Shown piece by piece: positions 1 through 8,834 of a DNA stretch of 64,000 bases. Under the pieces are notes generated by a model that was not told where the DNA came from, made no database searches, and was given only the letters and a program-made list of their open reading frames with translations. Within the stretch, counting starts at the first letter, position 1. Every line of letters begins with the position of its first letter. This stretch comes from an uncultured Anaerolineales bacterium (GTDB taxonomy: Bacteria; Chloroflexota; Anaerolineae; Anaerolineales; UBA11858), in contig CAYVQU010000001.1 in the NCBI GenBank assembly GCA_964453155.1, positions 14,770-78,769 on the forward strand, read 5' to 3'. The position numbers and the translations under genes were made by a program.

Positions 1-833
1 CTGACCTCGTAATGCTGGCTCAAGCGTTGGAAACGGTCATTTCCACTTTTATCCAAGTCAGCCAGCCAAATTTGACTGCGCCCCCCGCGGGTCGTGACAA
101 AAGCAATCTGGCGCCCGAGGGGTGACCAGGCTGGGGAATAGTCCGCGGCATAATGATTGGTCAGTTGGATTGGATTCTGGCTGCCATCAATCGGCTGAAT
201 CAGGATGTCGAGACTGGCTTCGATATAACTTTCATAAGCTACCCATTGGCCGTCTGGTGACCAGGAGGGGGCCGCATCATAAGCCAAGGAATGGGTTACC
301 CGGGAGACCTCCTCGCTCTCAAGTTGCAGCCGGTACAAGTCCCATTGCCCATGGCGATTGGAGGCAAAGATTACCTGCTGGCCATCGGGGCTGAGGGCTG
401 GATGCATATCCTGCCAATCGCCGTGCGTTAGACGGGTTAGCGGACCAGTTGGGTTAGTCGCAGTGGTTACTGGATTATAGGCAAAGAGATGGGAATCTAA
501 CCCCTCGGTAAGCGCCAGAACAATTTGACCCTGAGACCAGAAACTCGGATCGGCTGCGGCACGAATTGGGGTCGGCGTGAGGGTGGGATTTTGTTGGGGT
601 TGGGGTGTCTTTTGCGGATCTGAATCCCCGTCTAATTCCAGTTTTTGGGAGGTGGGCATCTCTGCCGCCGCAGTGGGTTGCCCTTCAAATCGCGCCCGTA
701 ATACCGGCCATCCCAAAACCATTAAAACCAGGATATTGACCGTGAGCAATAATACGACCGTAATCGGCCGCAGCGCGATCCGTTTTGGTTGGCGTTTCGA
801 CGGGGCGGGTTCGGCTGAGTTGTGGTTTTCCAT
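1..833 (-). CDS. PD40/TolB-like WD40 beta-propeller repeat protein with N-terminal membrane anchor (partial; C-terminus lies beyond the left edge)
   Basis: Absent from the ORF track because it runs off the window. My reverse-strand translation from ATG (cat at 831-833) gives MENHNSAEPAPSKRQPKRIALRPITVVLLLTVNILVLMVLGW. PD40-type blades follow (HPALSPDGQQVIFASNRHGQWDLY; DAAPSWSPDGQWVAYES; DYSPAWSPLGRQIAFVTTRGGRSQIWL) with no stop down to position 1. The + ORFs 122-394 and 577-882 are antisense shadows of it. Confidence 0.8.
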   Translation of the reverse strand, partial: MENHNSAEPAPSKRQPKRIALRPITVVLLLTVNILVLMVLGWPVLRARFEGQPTAAAEMPTSQKLELDGDSDPQKTPQPQQNPTLTPTPIRAAADPSFWSQGQIVLALTEGLDSHLFAYNPVTTATNPTGPLTRLTHGDWQDMHPALSPDGQQVIFASNRHGQWDLYRLQLESEEVSRVTHSLAYDAAPSWSPDGQWVAYESYIEASLDILIQPIDGSQNPIQLTNHYAADYSPAWSPLGRQIAFVTTRGGRSQIWLADLDKSGNDRFQRLSQHYEV

Positions 834-878
834 GGAGGGATCACTATATCATGAGGGGATTTCAGCGTCAATTTGCCG

Positions 879-907
879 TTAGAACGTTTCAACGTTGAAC
901 GTTCTAA
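879..907. repeat. Perfect 10-bp inverted repeat (TTAGAACGTT / AACGTTCTAA, 9-nt loop) carrying three AACGTT palindromes, between the ABC exporter stop and the PD40 gene start
   Basis: Read directly: ttagaacgtt tcaacgttg aacgttctaa. No adjacent U-run, so it is not a canonical intrinsic terminator. Confidence 0.4.
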
Positions 908-909
908 TG

Positions 910-2703
910 TTAATCTTCAAAACCCATTTGATACAGTTGCGCGTAATAGCCGTCTTGGGTCAGGAGTTCGTCGTGGGTACCGATTTCGACAATCTGACCA
1001 GCTTCTAGGACAATGATTTGGTCGGCATTGACGATGGTTGAGAGGCGATGGGCGATGACGAATGCAGTTCTTCCCTGCAAGAGATGTGCCAAGGCCTCCT
1101 GAATGATGATCTCGGTTTGAGTGTCAACACTGGAGGTCGCTTCATCCAAGATCAGAATGCGAGGGGAAGCCAGCAGAGCGCGGGCAAAGGAGATCAATTG
1201 GCGTTGACCTACCGATAAGACTACGCCACCTTCTTCAACGGAGGTGGCATATCCGTCTTTGAGCCGCATGATAAAGTCATGGGCCCCGACCGCTTTGGCG
1301 GCGGCTTCGATTTGTTCCAGCGGACATTCGAGACAGCCAAACTGGATATTGTCGGCTACGGTGCCATTGAAGAGGAAGGGATCTTGGAGTACGATCCCCA
1401 TTTGACTGCGGAGGCTGCTTTGAGTTACTGTGCGCAGGTCAATGCCATCAACCAGGACCTGCCCACTAGTGGGGTCGTGGAACCTGCTGAGTAATTTAAT
1501 AATCGTGGACTTACCCGCGCCAGTTTTGCCCACCAAAGCAATCGTCTGGCCGGGTTCGGCCTTCAGATTGACCCCCGTCAGAACTGGGGTATCGTCGTCT
1601 TCGTAATGGAAATCGACGGCGTCAAATTCAACTGCGCCCTGAATAAAGGGCATCTGTGCCGCATCAGGGGCATCCTGGACCTCGGGGCGGGAATCCAGAA
1701 GAGCAAATATTCTCTCACCGCCGGCCATGGTGGACTGCATCTGGTCGAAGCGCATACTCAAACTGCGAATTGGTCCAAAAAAGCGGCTGATATAAAGCAC
1801 GAAGGCGACCAAAACCCCGGCTGTAACCTGCTCTTCTAAGACCGCCCGGCCACCAAACCAAACGACCAACGCAGTCGCAATCGCTCCCAGAAAATCAATT
1901 GAGGGGAAGAAAGCTGAAGACAGCCGAGCTGCCTTTAAATTCAAATCCAGGTTATACCCATTGACATCATCTCGGAAAAAACGATAGTTATGGGCTTGAC
2001 GCGAAAAAGCTTGCACAACCCGCACGGCATTGACATTTTCCGCCAGAACTGAGTTGACCCAACTGACTGCCGCCCGCACCAGGCGATAGTTTGCCCGGGC
2101 ATATTTTCGAAAAATCACTGTAACGGCCACCATAAACGGCAGTACGGTAAAAGCGATCAAAGACAATCGCAGGTTCATACTCACCATGGCGATCACGATC
2201 CCTACCAGCACAAAAATATCACGGGCGCTGGCCACAATGGCCCAGGTGATGAATTGCCGTAGCACACTGACATCGTTAATAACGCGGGTGATCACCCGGC
2301 CCACGCTGTAGCGACTGTAAAAACTAAGCGATAAATTCTGCAAATGCTGGAACAACTCAGAACGCAAATTATAGATGATCGACTGTCCAACCTTGGCCAT
2401 CAAGTTGACGCGCACATAGATCATTAGCCATTGCAGGCCAGTCATCAGAACATACAGCAAGACATAAAGCCCCAACGTCCGGACGTTCCCCACCGCAATA
2501 CCATCATCCAATGCTCGTCCGATCAGATAAGGACCGGATGAGACCGCGGTGGCTTGCAGCAAGGTATAGAACACACCCTGCAAATAGCGCCAGCGATACA
2601 CTCGCATAAATTCCCACAAGCGGCGCATCACCCGGGGATCATAACCTTTGTCGTATACTTCGTCTTGTTTAGGGGGCGTGATTTTTTTCTTTTCGGTGGT
2701 CAT
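910..2703 (-). CDS. ABC exporter, fused permease/ATP-binding protein (MsbA/MdlB-type half transporter)
   Basis: 597 aa. N-terminal six-TM exporter domain, then NBD with Walker A GKTGAGKST, signature LSVGQRQ, Walker B ILILDEATS and H-loop IAHRLST. Confidence 0.92.
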   Translation of the reverse strand: MTTEKKKITPPKQDEVYDKGYDPRVMRRLWEFMRVYRWRYLQGVFYTLLQATAVSSGPYLIGRALDDGIAVGNVRTLGLYVLLYVLMTGLQWLMIYVRVNLMAKVGQSIIYNLRSELFQHLQNLSLSFYSRYSVGRVITRVINDVSVLRQFITWAIVASARDIFVLVGIVIAMVSMNLRLSLIAFTVLPFMVAVTVIFRKYARANYRLVRAAVSWVNSVLAENVNAVRVVQAFSRQAHNYRFFRDDVNGYNLDLNLKAARLSSAFFPSIDFLGAIATALVVWFGGRAVLEEQVTAGVLVAFVLYISRFFGPIRSLSMRFDQMQSTMAGGERIFALLDSRPEVQDAPDAAQMPFIQGAVEFDAVDFHYEDDDTPVLTGVNLKAEPGQTIALVGKTGAGKSTIIKLLSRFHDPTSGQVLVDGIDLRTVTQSSLRSQMGIVLQDPFLFNGTVADNIQFGCLECPLEQIEAAAKAVGAHDFIMRLKDGYATSVEEGGVVLSVGQRQLISFARALLASPRILILDEATSSVDTQTEIIIQEALAHLLQGRTAFVIAHRLSTIVNADQIIVLEAGQIVEIGTHDELLTQDGYYAQLYQMGFED

Positions 2704-2766
2704 AGAGATTGTTAGTTTGATTGTTAGTTGGTTGGTGACTATCTGACTAGGAACCTAGCGGAATTT

Positions 2767-4176
2767 TCACATCCAGCGGAGCCACTTTGGCGAGTGGGAT
2801 TTGAGGCGATTTTGGACGCGTTTGCCCCACCCCAGGGGATAGCCGTCTACGGTGACCAGGACCCAGCCTTTTTCACCGGGAGAGGGGAGAACTTCGCCAT
2901 GGAGGTATGCCCTGGTGCGAGGATCATCTGCTGTAAGATCAAAGGTTTGACGGAAATCGACTGGTTTGAGCGCCAGAGCTAACGCATGCGAGGGTTCGAA
3001 ACGTTTTTTCTTAAAAGTTCCCAGCCACCAGCCCCAGTGGATGACCTTCAGACCGCGTAAATCCGGAACATTTTCGGGGTTCAGATACAAATAGGACCCC
3101 TGGAGGGTGAGGCGGTTTAGAGGGGGTTGCCAGTTGAGGGCCGCGGAGGCAAATTCAGCGAAATAGCCTTGGGCGTCTCGGGGGAGGGGAGCAGGGGGTG
3201 AGGGGTCCGGGGGGTAGCGGTGCAGGGGAGAAGCACTTGATTTCTCGAGGATCGCGATGAAATGGCCTTCGCCGGGGGCTTTATGAGGCCAAAGACGAAC
3301 CGCACGGGATAATTCGCTAGGAATGTCAGGCATCCAATCCGGCCGGGCGGGGGCAAACCCCTTAAATTGTGGGGGGGACACGATCTTAAATTCAGGATGA
3401 GCGACCAAAAAACGAGCAATCGTGCCTTCATCCTCCTGGGGAGCGAAAGTGCAAGTGGCATAGATCAAACGTCCACCAGGTCGGACAAGTTGAGCGGCGT
3501 CCCTTAAAATTCCATCTTGGCGAACCCCGCAGCTTTCAACCAGTTTGGGGGTCCATTCCTGGATCGCGCCGGGGTCTTTGCGGAACATCCCTTCGCCAGA
3601 GCAAGGGGCATCAACCAATACTTTATCGAAATAGGCTCCAAAATGATCCACTAGCCGCGGTGGGGTTTCGTTGAGAATAACGGCATTCCGGACTCCCCAG
3701 CGTTCAAGGTTCTTAGCCAAATCTCGGACCCGTTTGGGGTGAATGTCATTTGCTACCAGTAAACCGCTACCGGCCATCAGCGCAGCGATATGGGTGGTTT
3801 TCCCTCCGGGCGCCGCAGCCAAATCTAATATCCGTTCTCCCGGTTGGGGATTCAATAATTCTGCGACTGCCATCGCGGCCGGATCTTGAAGATAGTAAAG
3901 TCCGGCGGCATGATAGGGATGCTTGCCCGGCCGGGAGCCGGAGGGGATGGTAAAGCCTGCCGGGACCCAGGGGATAGGAGTGAGGGGAGGAGAGAGTAAG
4001 GGGGCCGGGGACCGGGGTGCAGCTTGAAGTAAATCCGTGAATTGCTCGGGGGTGAGTTTGAGGGTGTTGACGCGCAAGCCGATATCAGGGGGATCGGCGT
4101 AGCTGGCGTGGAACGCGTCGAAATCCGACCCAAGTTGGATCTGCATGCGGTCGAGGAAAGCAGGAGGCAAATTCAT
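2767..4176 (-). CDS. rsmF: 16S rRNA m5C methyltransferase, RsmF/YebU-like (NOL1/NOP2/Sun family)
   Basis: 469 aa. SAM-binding DLAAAPGGKT, catalytic motifs DAPCSGEG and YATCTF. N-terminal LPPAFLDRM...RVNTLK and a C-terminal extension as in RsmF. Confidence 0.8.
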   Translation of the reverse strand: MNLPPAFLDRMQIQLGSDFDAFHASYADPPDIGLRVNTLKLTPEQFTDLLQAAPRSPAPLLSPPLTPIPWVPAGFTIPSGSRPGKHPYHAAGLYYLQDPAAMAVAELLNPQPGERILDLAAAPGGKTTHIAALMAGSGLLVANDIHPKRVRDLAKNLERWGVRNAVILNETPPRLVDHFGAYFDKVLVDAPCSGEGMFRKDPGAIQEWTPKLVESCGVRQDGILRDAAQLVRPGGRLIYATCTFAPQEDEGTIARFLVAHPEFKIVSPPQFKGFAPARPDWMPDIPSELSRAVRLWPHKAPGEGHFIAILEKSSASPLHRYPPDPSPPAPLPRDAQGYFAEFASAALNWQPPLNRLTLQGSYLYLNPENVPDLRGLKVIHWGWWLGTFKKKRFEPSHALALALKPVDFRQTFDLTADDPRTRAYLHGEVLPSPGEKGWVLVTVDGYPLGWGKRVQNRLKSHSPKWLRWM

Positions 4177-4258
4177 TAATTGTGAATGATGAATGGTGAG
4201 CGGTTAATTGTGAATGGAATCCGCAAATCGGATACCTGTAACCTGAAACCGGGCATTT

Positions 4259-5992
4259 TTATCCCTCCTGCCCGCGCAATTGCAATTCATAAATCTCGCG
4301 GTACAGGCCATCGGCGGCTAATAATTGATCATGCGTGCCGCGTTCTACAATGCGGCCGTGATCCAGGACGATGATCTGGTCAGCCCGACGGACACTTGAG
4401 AGACGCTGGGCAATGATGAAAGTGGTCCGGCCCTCCATCAAACGATCAAGGGCTTGTTGGATTTTTCGTTCGGTTTGGGTATCAACCGAAGATGTCGAAT
4501 CATCCAAAATAAGGATGCGGGGATCAAGAAGTAAGGCCCTAGCAATCGCCACTCGTTGGCGCTGCCCGCCGGAGAGTGTTATGCCGCGTTCACCGATCTC
4601 GGTTTCGTAGCCCTCTGGCATTGCGGTGATGAATTCGTGGGCCTGGGCGGCTTTGGCCGCAGCCACAACTTCATCCATACCGGCCCCTGGGCGGCCATAA
4701 GCGATATTCTCGCGGATTGTATCTGAGAATAAAACGGAATTCTGCAGAACGATGCCAATCTGTTTTCGCAAGGAAGGTAAGGCCACAGCCCGGATATCCT
4801 GGCCATCGACCAAAACCTGTCCCGCGGTGACATCGTAGAAGCGCGGGATCAGATTGACCAGGGACGACTTCCCCGATCCCGTCGGACCAATCAGAGCAAC
4901 TATTTGGTTTGACTCAACTTTGATGTGAATTTCTTCGAGTGCCGTTGTTTTCTCACCTTCATAGCGGAAACAAACATCTTTAAATTCCACATCTCCCGAG
5001 AGGGTCTGCAGTTCTACGGCCTCGGGAGGGGATTGAATTTCAGGCTCATCTTCGAGGACTTCGAAAATCCGCTCGATCCCGGCACTGGCCTCCCCGGCAG
5101 TATTAACTAACATGACCAGTTGACGGGCCGGCTCAGCCATTAGGAGCAGGTAACTGTTGAAGGCTACGACTTCCCCCAAAGTCATTTGGCCGCGCACCAC
5201 CATATTGCCGCCAAACCAGAGGATCAAAACCGTGCTCATGGCAATTAAAAAATGAGAAGTGGGCATCACCCGACTCCACTCGTGGATTACGGTCAGACGG
5301 GCATCATACAGACGGCGATTGCGTTCGTTGAACCGCTCAATTTCGTAGGGTTCACGGGCAAACGCGCGGACCACCTGGGCCCCACTAACATTCTCCTGCA
5401 ATCGGGCCGAGAGATCACCGATGGCCTGATCCACAATATAGAATAACTTCCCCACTCTCTCACCAAACCGGGTGGTCATTAAAAATAGTGGAATCATGGG
5501 AATGAGCGCAATCGCCGCCAATTGGGCATTACTCACAAAGAGGAGAACTACTACACCGATTAAAAGCAAACTGATCCGGATCAATTCAACAATCCCAGTC
5601 CCGGTAAACTGTTGGATCGAACGGACATCCTCAATACAGCGGCTAATCAACTGTCCGGTTTGGGAATGATCATGATAACTAAAAGACAGATGCTGGATGT
5701 GATCGTATAAACGATTGCGCAGGTCGAAAGTGATCCGGAATGAAATCCAGGAGCTAAGGTAGCGATTGCCAAAATCGAGCACCGCACTGAAAATCCCTAA
5801 ACTTAACACAATCAGAGCCGCGGTGCGGAGGAAATGCGTTTGACCGGCGACCAAACCGACATCGATCACTTGTCGAATAATTTCAGGAATGACGAGGTTG
5901 GCAGCTGTGATCAGCAAGAGAATTACTAATGCCAGCAAAACCTGCCAGAGATATGGACGGAGGAATTCGCGAATTCGGAGGAGAGATTTCAT
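4259..5992 (-). CDS. ABC exporter, fused permease/ATP-binding protein (partner-type half transporter)
   Basis: 577 aa. TM exporter domain, then Walker A GPTGSGKSS, signature LSGGQRQR, Walker B ILILDDSTS and H-loop IAQRLSS. Confidence 0.92.
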   Translation of the reverse strand: MKSLLRIREFLRPYLWQVLLALVILLLITAANLVIPEIIRQVIDVGLVAGQTHFLRTAALIVLSLGIFSAVLDFGNRYLSSWISFRITFDLRNRLYDHIQHLSFSYHDHSQTGQLISRCIEDVRSIQQFTGTGIVELIRISLLLIGVVVLLFVSNAQLAAIALIPMIPLFLMTTRFGERVGKLFYIVDQAIGDLSARLQENVSGAQVVRAFAREPYEIERFNERNRRLYDARLTVIHEWSRVMPTSHFLIAMSTVLILWFGGNMVVRGQMTLGEVVAFNSYLLLMAEPARQLVMLVNTAGEASAGIERIFEVLEDEPEIQSPPEAVELQTLSGDVEFKDVCFRYEGEKTTALEEIHIKVESNQIVALIGPTGSGKSSLVNLIPRFYDVTAGQVLVDGQDIRAVALPSLRKQIGIVLQNSVLFSDTIRENIAYGRPGAGMDEVVAAAKAAQAHEFITAMPEGYETEIGERGITLSGGQRQRVAIARALLLDPRILILDDSTSSVDTQTERKIQQALDRLMEGRTTFIIAQRLSSVRRADQIIVLDHGRIVERGTHDQLLAADGLYREIYELQLRGQEG

Positions 5993-6061
5993 GGAGTGGG
6001 TGTTTGGATTTCGGAATGTGGCGTGAAAATGAATGGTTAGCCACAGCTTCAGAAGAATGTC

Positions 6062-6454
6062 TTAATCGTCAATCGAAAATTGGATGTTTTTTTCATCCAC
6101 AATGGTTTTTTCCGGTGGGAAAATCGGATCGTTAGATTGACCTTCGGCGCCAAGTTCGGCAGTGTAGAAAACAACGAGTTTAAGGTTGTAGTGGCCTTCG
6201 GGATCGGTTGCCCGGAGATGAAGCACCATTTCGAGTTTGGGTGTAATCGCTTCAATGAAACTGGTGGTTGCTACCAGGTTTCCCAGCGAATCAGTAATGT
6301 GTAGGTCACCATTGGGTTTCTGCTGAAAGGGGGTGAACTCGATAAACACTCGCAGGCGGCGGCCATCAGGGAACGGATCCACCTTTAAATCTAGGATTTT
6401 GACTTCATTGGGGGGTAAGGGAACTTCATCCGGATCAGCAAAAAAAATATCCAT
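6062..6454 (-). CDS. Hypothetical protein (about 130 aa, beta-rich, no recognisable motif)
   Basis: ORF track gives 6062-6520 from a GTG. I prefer the ATG at 6452-6454 (MDIFFADPDEVPL...). The GTG lies inside the spacer of a good sigma70-like promoter and directly abuts the upstream terminator. Confidence 0.55.
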   Translation of the reverse strand: MDIFFADPDEVPLPPNEVKILDLKVDPFPDGRRLRVFIEFTPFQQKPNGDLHITDSLGNLVATTSFIEAITPKLEMVLHLRATDPEGHYNLKLVVFYTAELGAEGQSNDPIFPPEKTIVDEKNIQFSIDD

Positions 6455-6501
6455 AAGTCTTCTCGATTTATATAATTTCGACCACCTTTTTATGGCAACC
6501 A

Positions 6502-6530
6502 AGTGTACCTTTAATGTCACAGAACGTCAA
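6502..6530 (-). promoter_or_regulatory. Putative sigma70-type promoter for the 6062-6454 gene
   Basis: - strand reads TTGACG (6530-6525), a 17-nt spacer, then TACACT (6507-6502), about 45 nt upstream of the ATG at 6454. Confidence 0.4.
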
Positions 6531-6556
6531 AAAAACTCCCGCGGAATGCGCGGGAG
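6529..6556 (-). terminator. Intrinsic terminator after degV-1
   Basis: CTCCCGCG / CGCGGGAG 8-bp GC stem (6536-6556) flanked by A7 (6529-6535), which is U7 on the - strand, and by CTTTT on the + side. Confidence 0.75.
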
Positions 6557-6625
6557 CTTTTAATATTGCTAATCTGCATCCGAGGCAGGGACCATTTGAC
6601 CCCTGCCTGGAAATACCGATCAAAC

Positions 6626-7474
6626 TTAATCCACCATATAGGCAATTCCGATCGTGCCTGGCCCACAGTGAGTCCCGACAACCGGGCTAACTTCAGAATA
6701 AATTGTTTCGACCGCGCCCAGTTGTTTGCTGGCTTGAGTGAGAAGTTCTCGGGATTCTTCAACCGCATTGGCATGTAAAGCTGCTAAACGAATTTCACCA
6801 TCGTGCTCTGCAACGCGTTCGGAGATAATCTCTAACAGGCGAGCATGAGCTTTTTTGGAAGTCCGCACTCGTTCGATTGGTTCTACTTTTCCATTGGTCA
6901 CTTCCAGGAGTGGTTTAAGTTTAAGCGCGGTCCCTAAGAAACGGGAAGCCCCGCCAATGCGACCACCGCGATGTAAGAATTCGAGCGTATCGACGGCAAA
7001 AACGACACCGGTTTTATCTTTCGCTGCTTCAGCCGCGGCTTTACATTCTGCCAGAGTACCACCTTTTTCAGCGGTGCGGGCTGCGGCGAGAACTTGAAAA
7101 CCCAGCGCCATGGCTACCGATTCAGAATTCACAATTTCAATTGTGATATCAGGCAGCATTTGGGTGGCTAAATCAGCAGAATTGGAGGTTTTTGAAAGCT
7201 GATCGGATACCAAAACGGCCAAAATCTCTTTACCATCAGCATGTAATTTCTCAAAGAGCGATTTAAAATCAGAAACTGCAACCTGCGAAGTGGTTGGCAT
7301 TACCTCCGAAGTTGCCAGGCGTTTATAAAAATCGATGGGTTGGATATCAACACCATCACGATATTCTTCTTCGCCAAAAATCAAAACACATGGGGCTACC
7401 GAAATATCGTATTTAGCCACCAAATCTTTGGGGATATAGGCGGTACTATCGGTAACAATGGCAATATTTGACAT
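6626..7474 (-). CDS. DegV family fatty-acid-binding protein (FakB-like)
   Basis: 282 aa. MSNIAIVTDSTAYIP start, PTTSQV and EFLHRGGRIG motifs typical of DegV. Confidence 0.9.
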   Translation of the reverse strand: MSNIAIVTDSTAYIPKDLVAKYDISVAPCVLIFGEEEYRDGVDIQPIDFYKRLATSEVMPTTSQVAVSDFKSLFEKLHADGKEILAVLVSDQLSKTSNSADLATQMLPDITIEIVNSESVAMALGFQVLAAARTAEKGGTLAECKAAAEAAKDKTGVVFAVDTLEFLHRGGRIGGASRFLGTALKLKPLLEVTNGKVEPIERVRTSKKAHARLLEIISERVAEHDGEIRLAALHANAVEESRELLTQASKQLGAVETIYSEVSPVVGTHCGPGTIGIAYMVD

Positions 7475-7609
7475 AATTCCTTCTCCTAAAAAATGAATGA
7501 TAACTCGATTTTGAGAGACTTTCCCTCAACAAGGTATAAACCCTAAGAATGAGTTGAAGTTACGCGCAATGTTGGCTAGTTTGATCGTTGGCTCACTATC
7601 CAATGAATC

Positions 7610-7635
7610 AAAAAAGGAACGGATTTCTCCGTTCC
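7610..7635 (-). terminator. Intrinsic terminator immediately 3' of tRNA-Arg
   Basis: Perfect 8-bp stem GGAACGGA/TCCGTTCC with TTTC loop (7616-7635), followed on the - strand by U6 (A6 at 7610-7615). Confidence 0.75.
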
Positions 7636-7641
7636 TCACTG

Positions 7642-7714
7642 CGCCCTCGGTGCGACTCGAACGCACGACCCCTTAGTCCGCAACCAAGTGCTCTATCCAC
7701 TGAGCTACGAGGGC
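7642..7714 (-). tRNA. tRNA-Arg, anticodon read as GCG
   Basis: Reverse complement is GCCCTCGTAGCTCAGTGGATAGAGCACTTGGTTGCGGACTAAGGGGTCGTGCGTTCGAGTCGCACCGAGGGCG. Cloverleaf: acceptor GCCCTCG/CGAGGGC, D stem GCTC/GAGC, anticodon stem CTTGG/CTAAG with loop TTGCGGA, T arm GTGCG-TTCGAGT-CGCAC. No encoded CCA. Confidence 0.85.
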
Positions 7715-7767
7715 AATTTGGAAAAGCCTGCGGATTTTACCGCAGGCTCATCAAAATGGCAACTAAT

Positions 7768-8616
7768 CTATTCATCAAATTGATATGCCAAAGCCAAACA
7801 CCCCGGCCCAACATGAGTTCCAATCACCGGACTGAGATCGGTCAACAAGGCTTCAACCGGGTTGAGTTGAGCACTCACTTTATCTAGGAATTTTCCAGCT
7901 TCGGCCAGATCATTAGCGTGAGCGACCCCAATCCGCACATTAGATTTTCCAGCCACACGTTCCGCGACAATTTCCGTCAGACGAATGAGCGCTTTTTTCC
8001 GGGTCCGGGCTTGATCTAAAGCATCAACTTTGCCATCTTTTACAGTCAGAATGGGCTTGATATTGAGTAGAGTCCCTAAAAACCGTTTTCCACCCCCAAT
8101 CCGGCCGCCCCGATGCAGAAATTCCATTGTATCCACAGCAAATACCACACCGCTATTCTCGCGTGCTTTCTCTGCCGCAGCCACACATTCTGCCAGCGAA
8201 CCACCGGCCTGGGCAGTTCGCGCCGCAGCCAAAACCTGGAACCCCAGCTCTGAGATCGTTGACATGGAATCAAAAAGTTCGATGGTGGCCTCTGGCAGAT
8301 CTTTTTTGGCTTGAATCGCGGAGGCAATCGTTCCTGATAAGGCATTCGAAATCAAAATCGTCAAAATCTCAAAACCATCTCCATGCAGCTTCTCAAATAG
8401 CTGCTTGAATTCCCCAATCGTGACTTGAGAAGTCGTCGGCATTGTCGCACTCTGAGTCAGGCGGATATAGAATTCTGTCGGGGTAATATCGATGCCATCA
8501 TCCAGACTTTCTTCGCCCCAAATCACCTTCAATGGGAGCACATGGATTCCATACTCTTCCACTAATTCGGGGGGTAAATACGCGGTACTATCGGTCACAA
8601 TTGCAACTTTCGACAT
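7768..8616 (-). CDS. DegV family fatty-acid-binding protein (second paralog)
   Basis: ORF track runs to 8715. I prefer the ATG at 8614-8616 (MSKVAIVTDSTAYLP), preceded by GGAGAAAT. Same PTTSQV / EFLHRGGRIGG motifs as the 6626-7474 paralog. Confidence 0.9.
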   Translation of the reverse strand: MSKVAIVTDSTAYLPPELVEEYGIHVLPLKVIWGEESLDDGIDITPTEFYIRLTQSATMPTTSQVTIGEFKQLFEKLHGDGFEILTILISNALSGTIASAIQAKKDLPEATIELFDSMSTISELGFQVLAAARTAQAGGSLAECVAAAEKARENSGVVFAVDTMEFLHRGGRIGGGKRFLGTLLNIKPILTVKDGKVDALDQARTRKKALIRLTEIVAERVAGKSNVRIGVAHANDLAEAGKFLDKVSAQLNPVEALLTDLSPVIGTHVGPGCLALAYQFDE

Positions 8617-8751
8617 AATAATTTCTCCTGATAAATAAAAATGAATAGGGCTAGACCGGAAAGATTGTACCCGGCAACTGGATGAGAGGCAATATGTTCT
8701 CTCCTTCCCTCTCATGCTATACTAGCCCAAATAAAACATCCACCAAAAATT

Positions 8752-8815
8752 AGGTGACAGTCACTTCTCAAAAAGTCATCAGTAAGTCCGCATTCAAAGA
8801 AAGTGACTGTCACCT
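8752..8815. promoter_or_regulatory. Two copies of the palindrome GTGACnGTCAC (centres 8759 and 8808) forming a perfect 15-bp inverted repeat in the degV-2 / murJ divergent intergenic region
   Basis: aggtgacagtcactt (8752-8766) and aagtgactgtcacct (8801-8815) are exact reverse complements. Each arm is itself a 5-1-5 palindrome. The second site ends 19 nt before the murJ ATG. Confidence 0.5.
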
Positions 8816-8834
8816 TCCCATTTAGGGAAGGATT

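Noticed and set aside
122-882. Two + strand ORFs (122-394, 577-882) at the left edge
   Set aside because: They are antisense to the partial PD40/TolB-like gene, which reads cleanly on the - strand from 833 to the window edge.
6455-6520. N-terminal extension (GTG 6520) of the 6062 hypothetical gene
   Set aside because: The extension would start inside the spacer of the predicted promoter and 9 nt from the upstream terminator U-run. The ATG at 6454 is more plausible.
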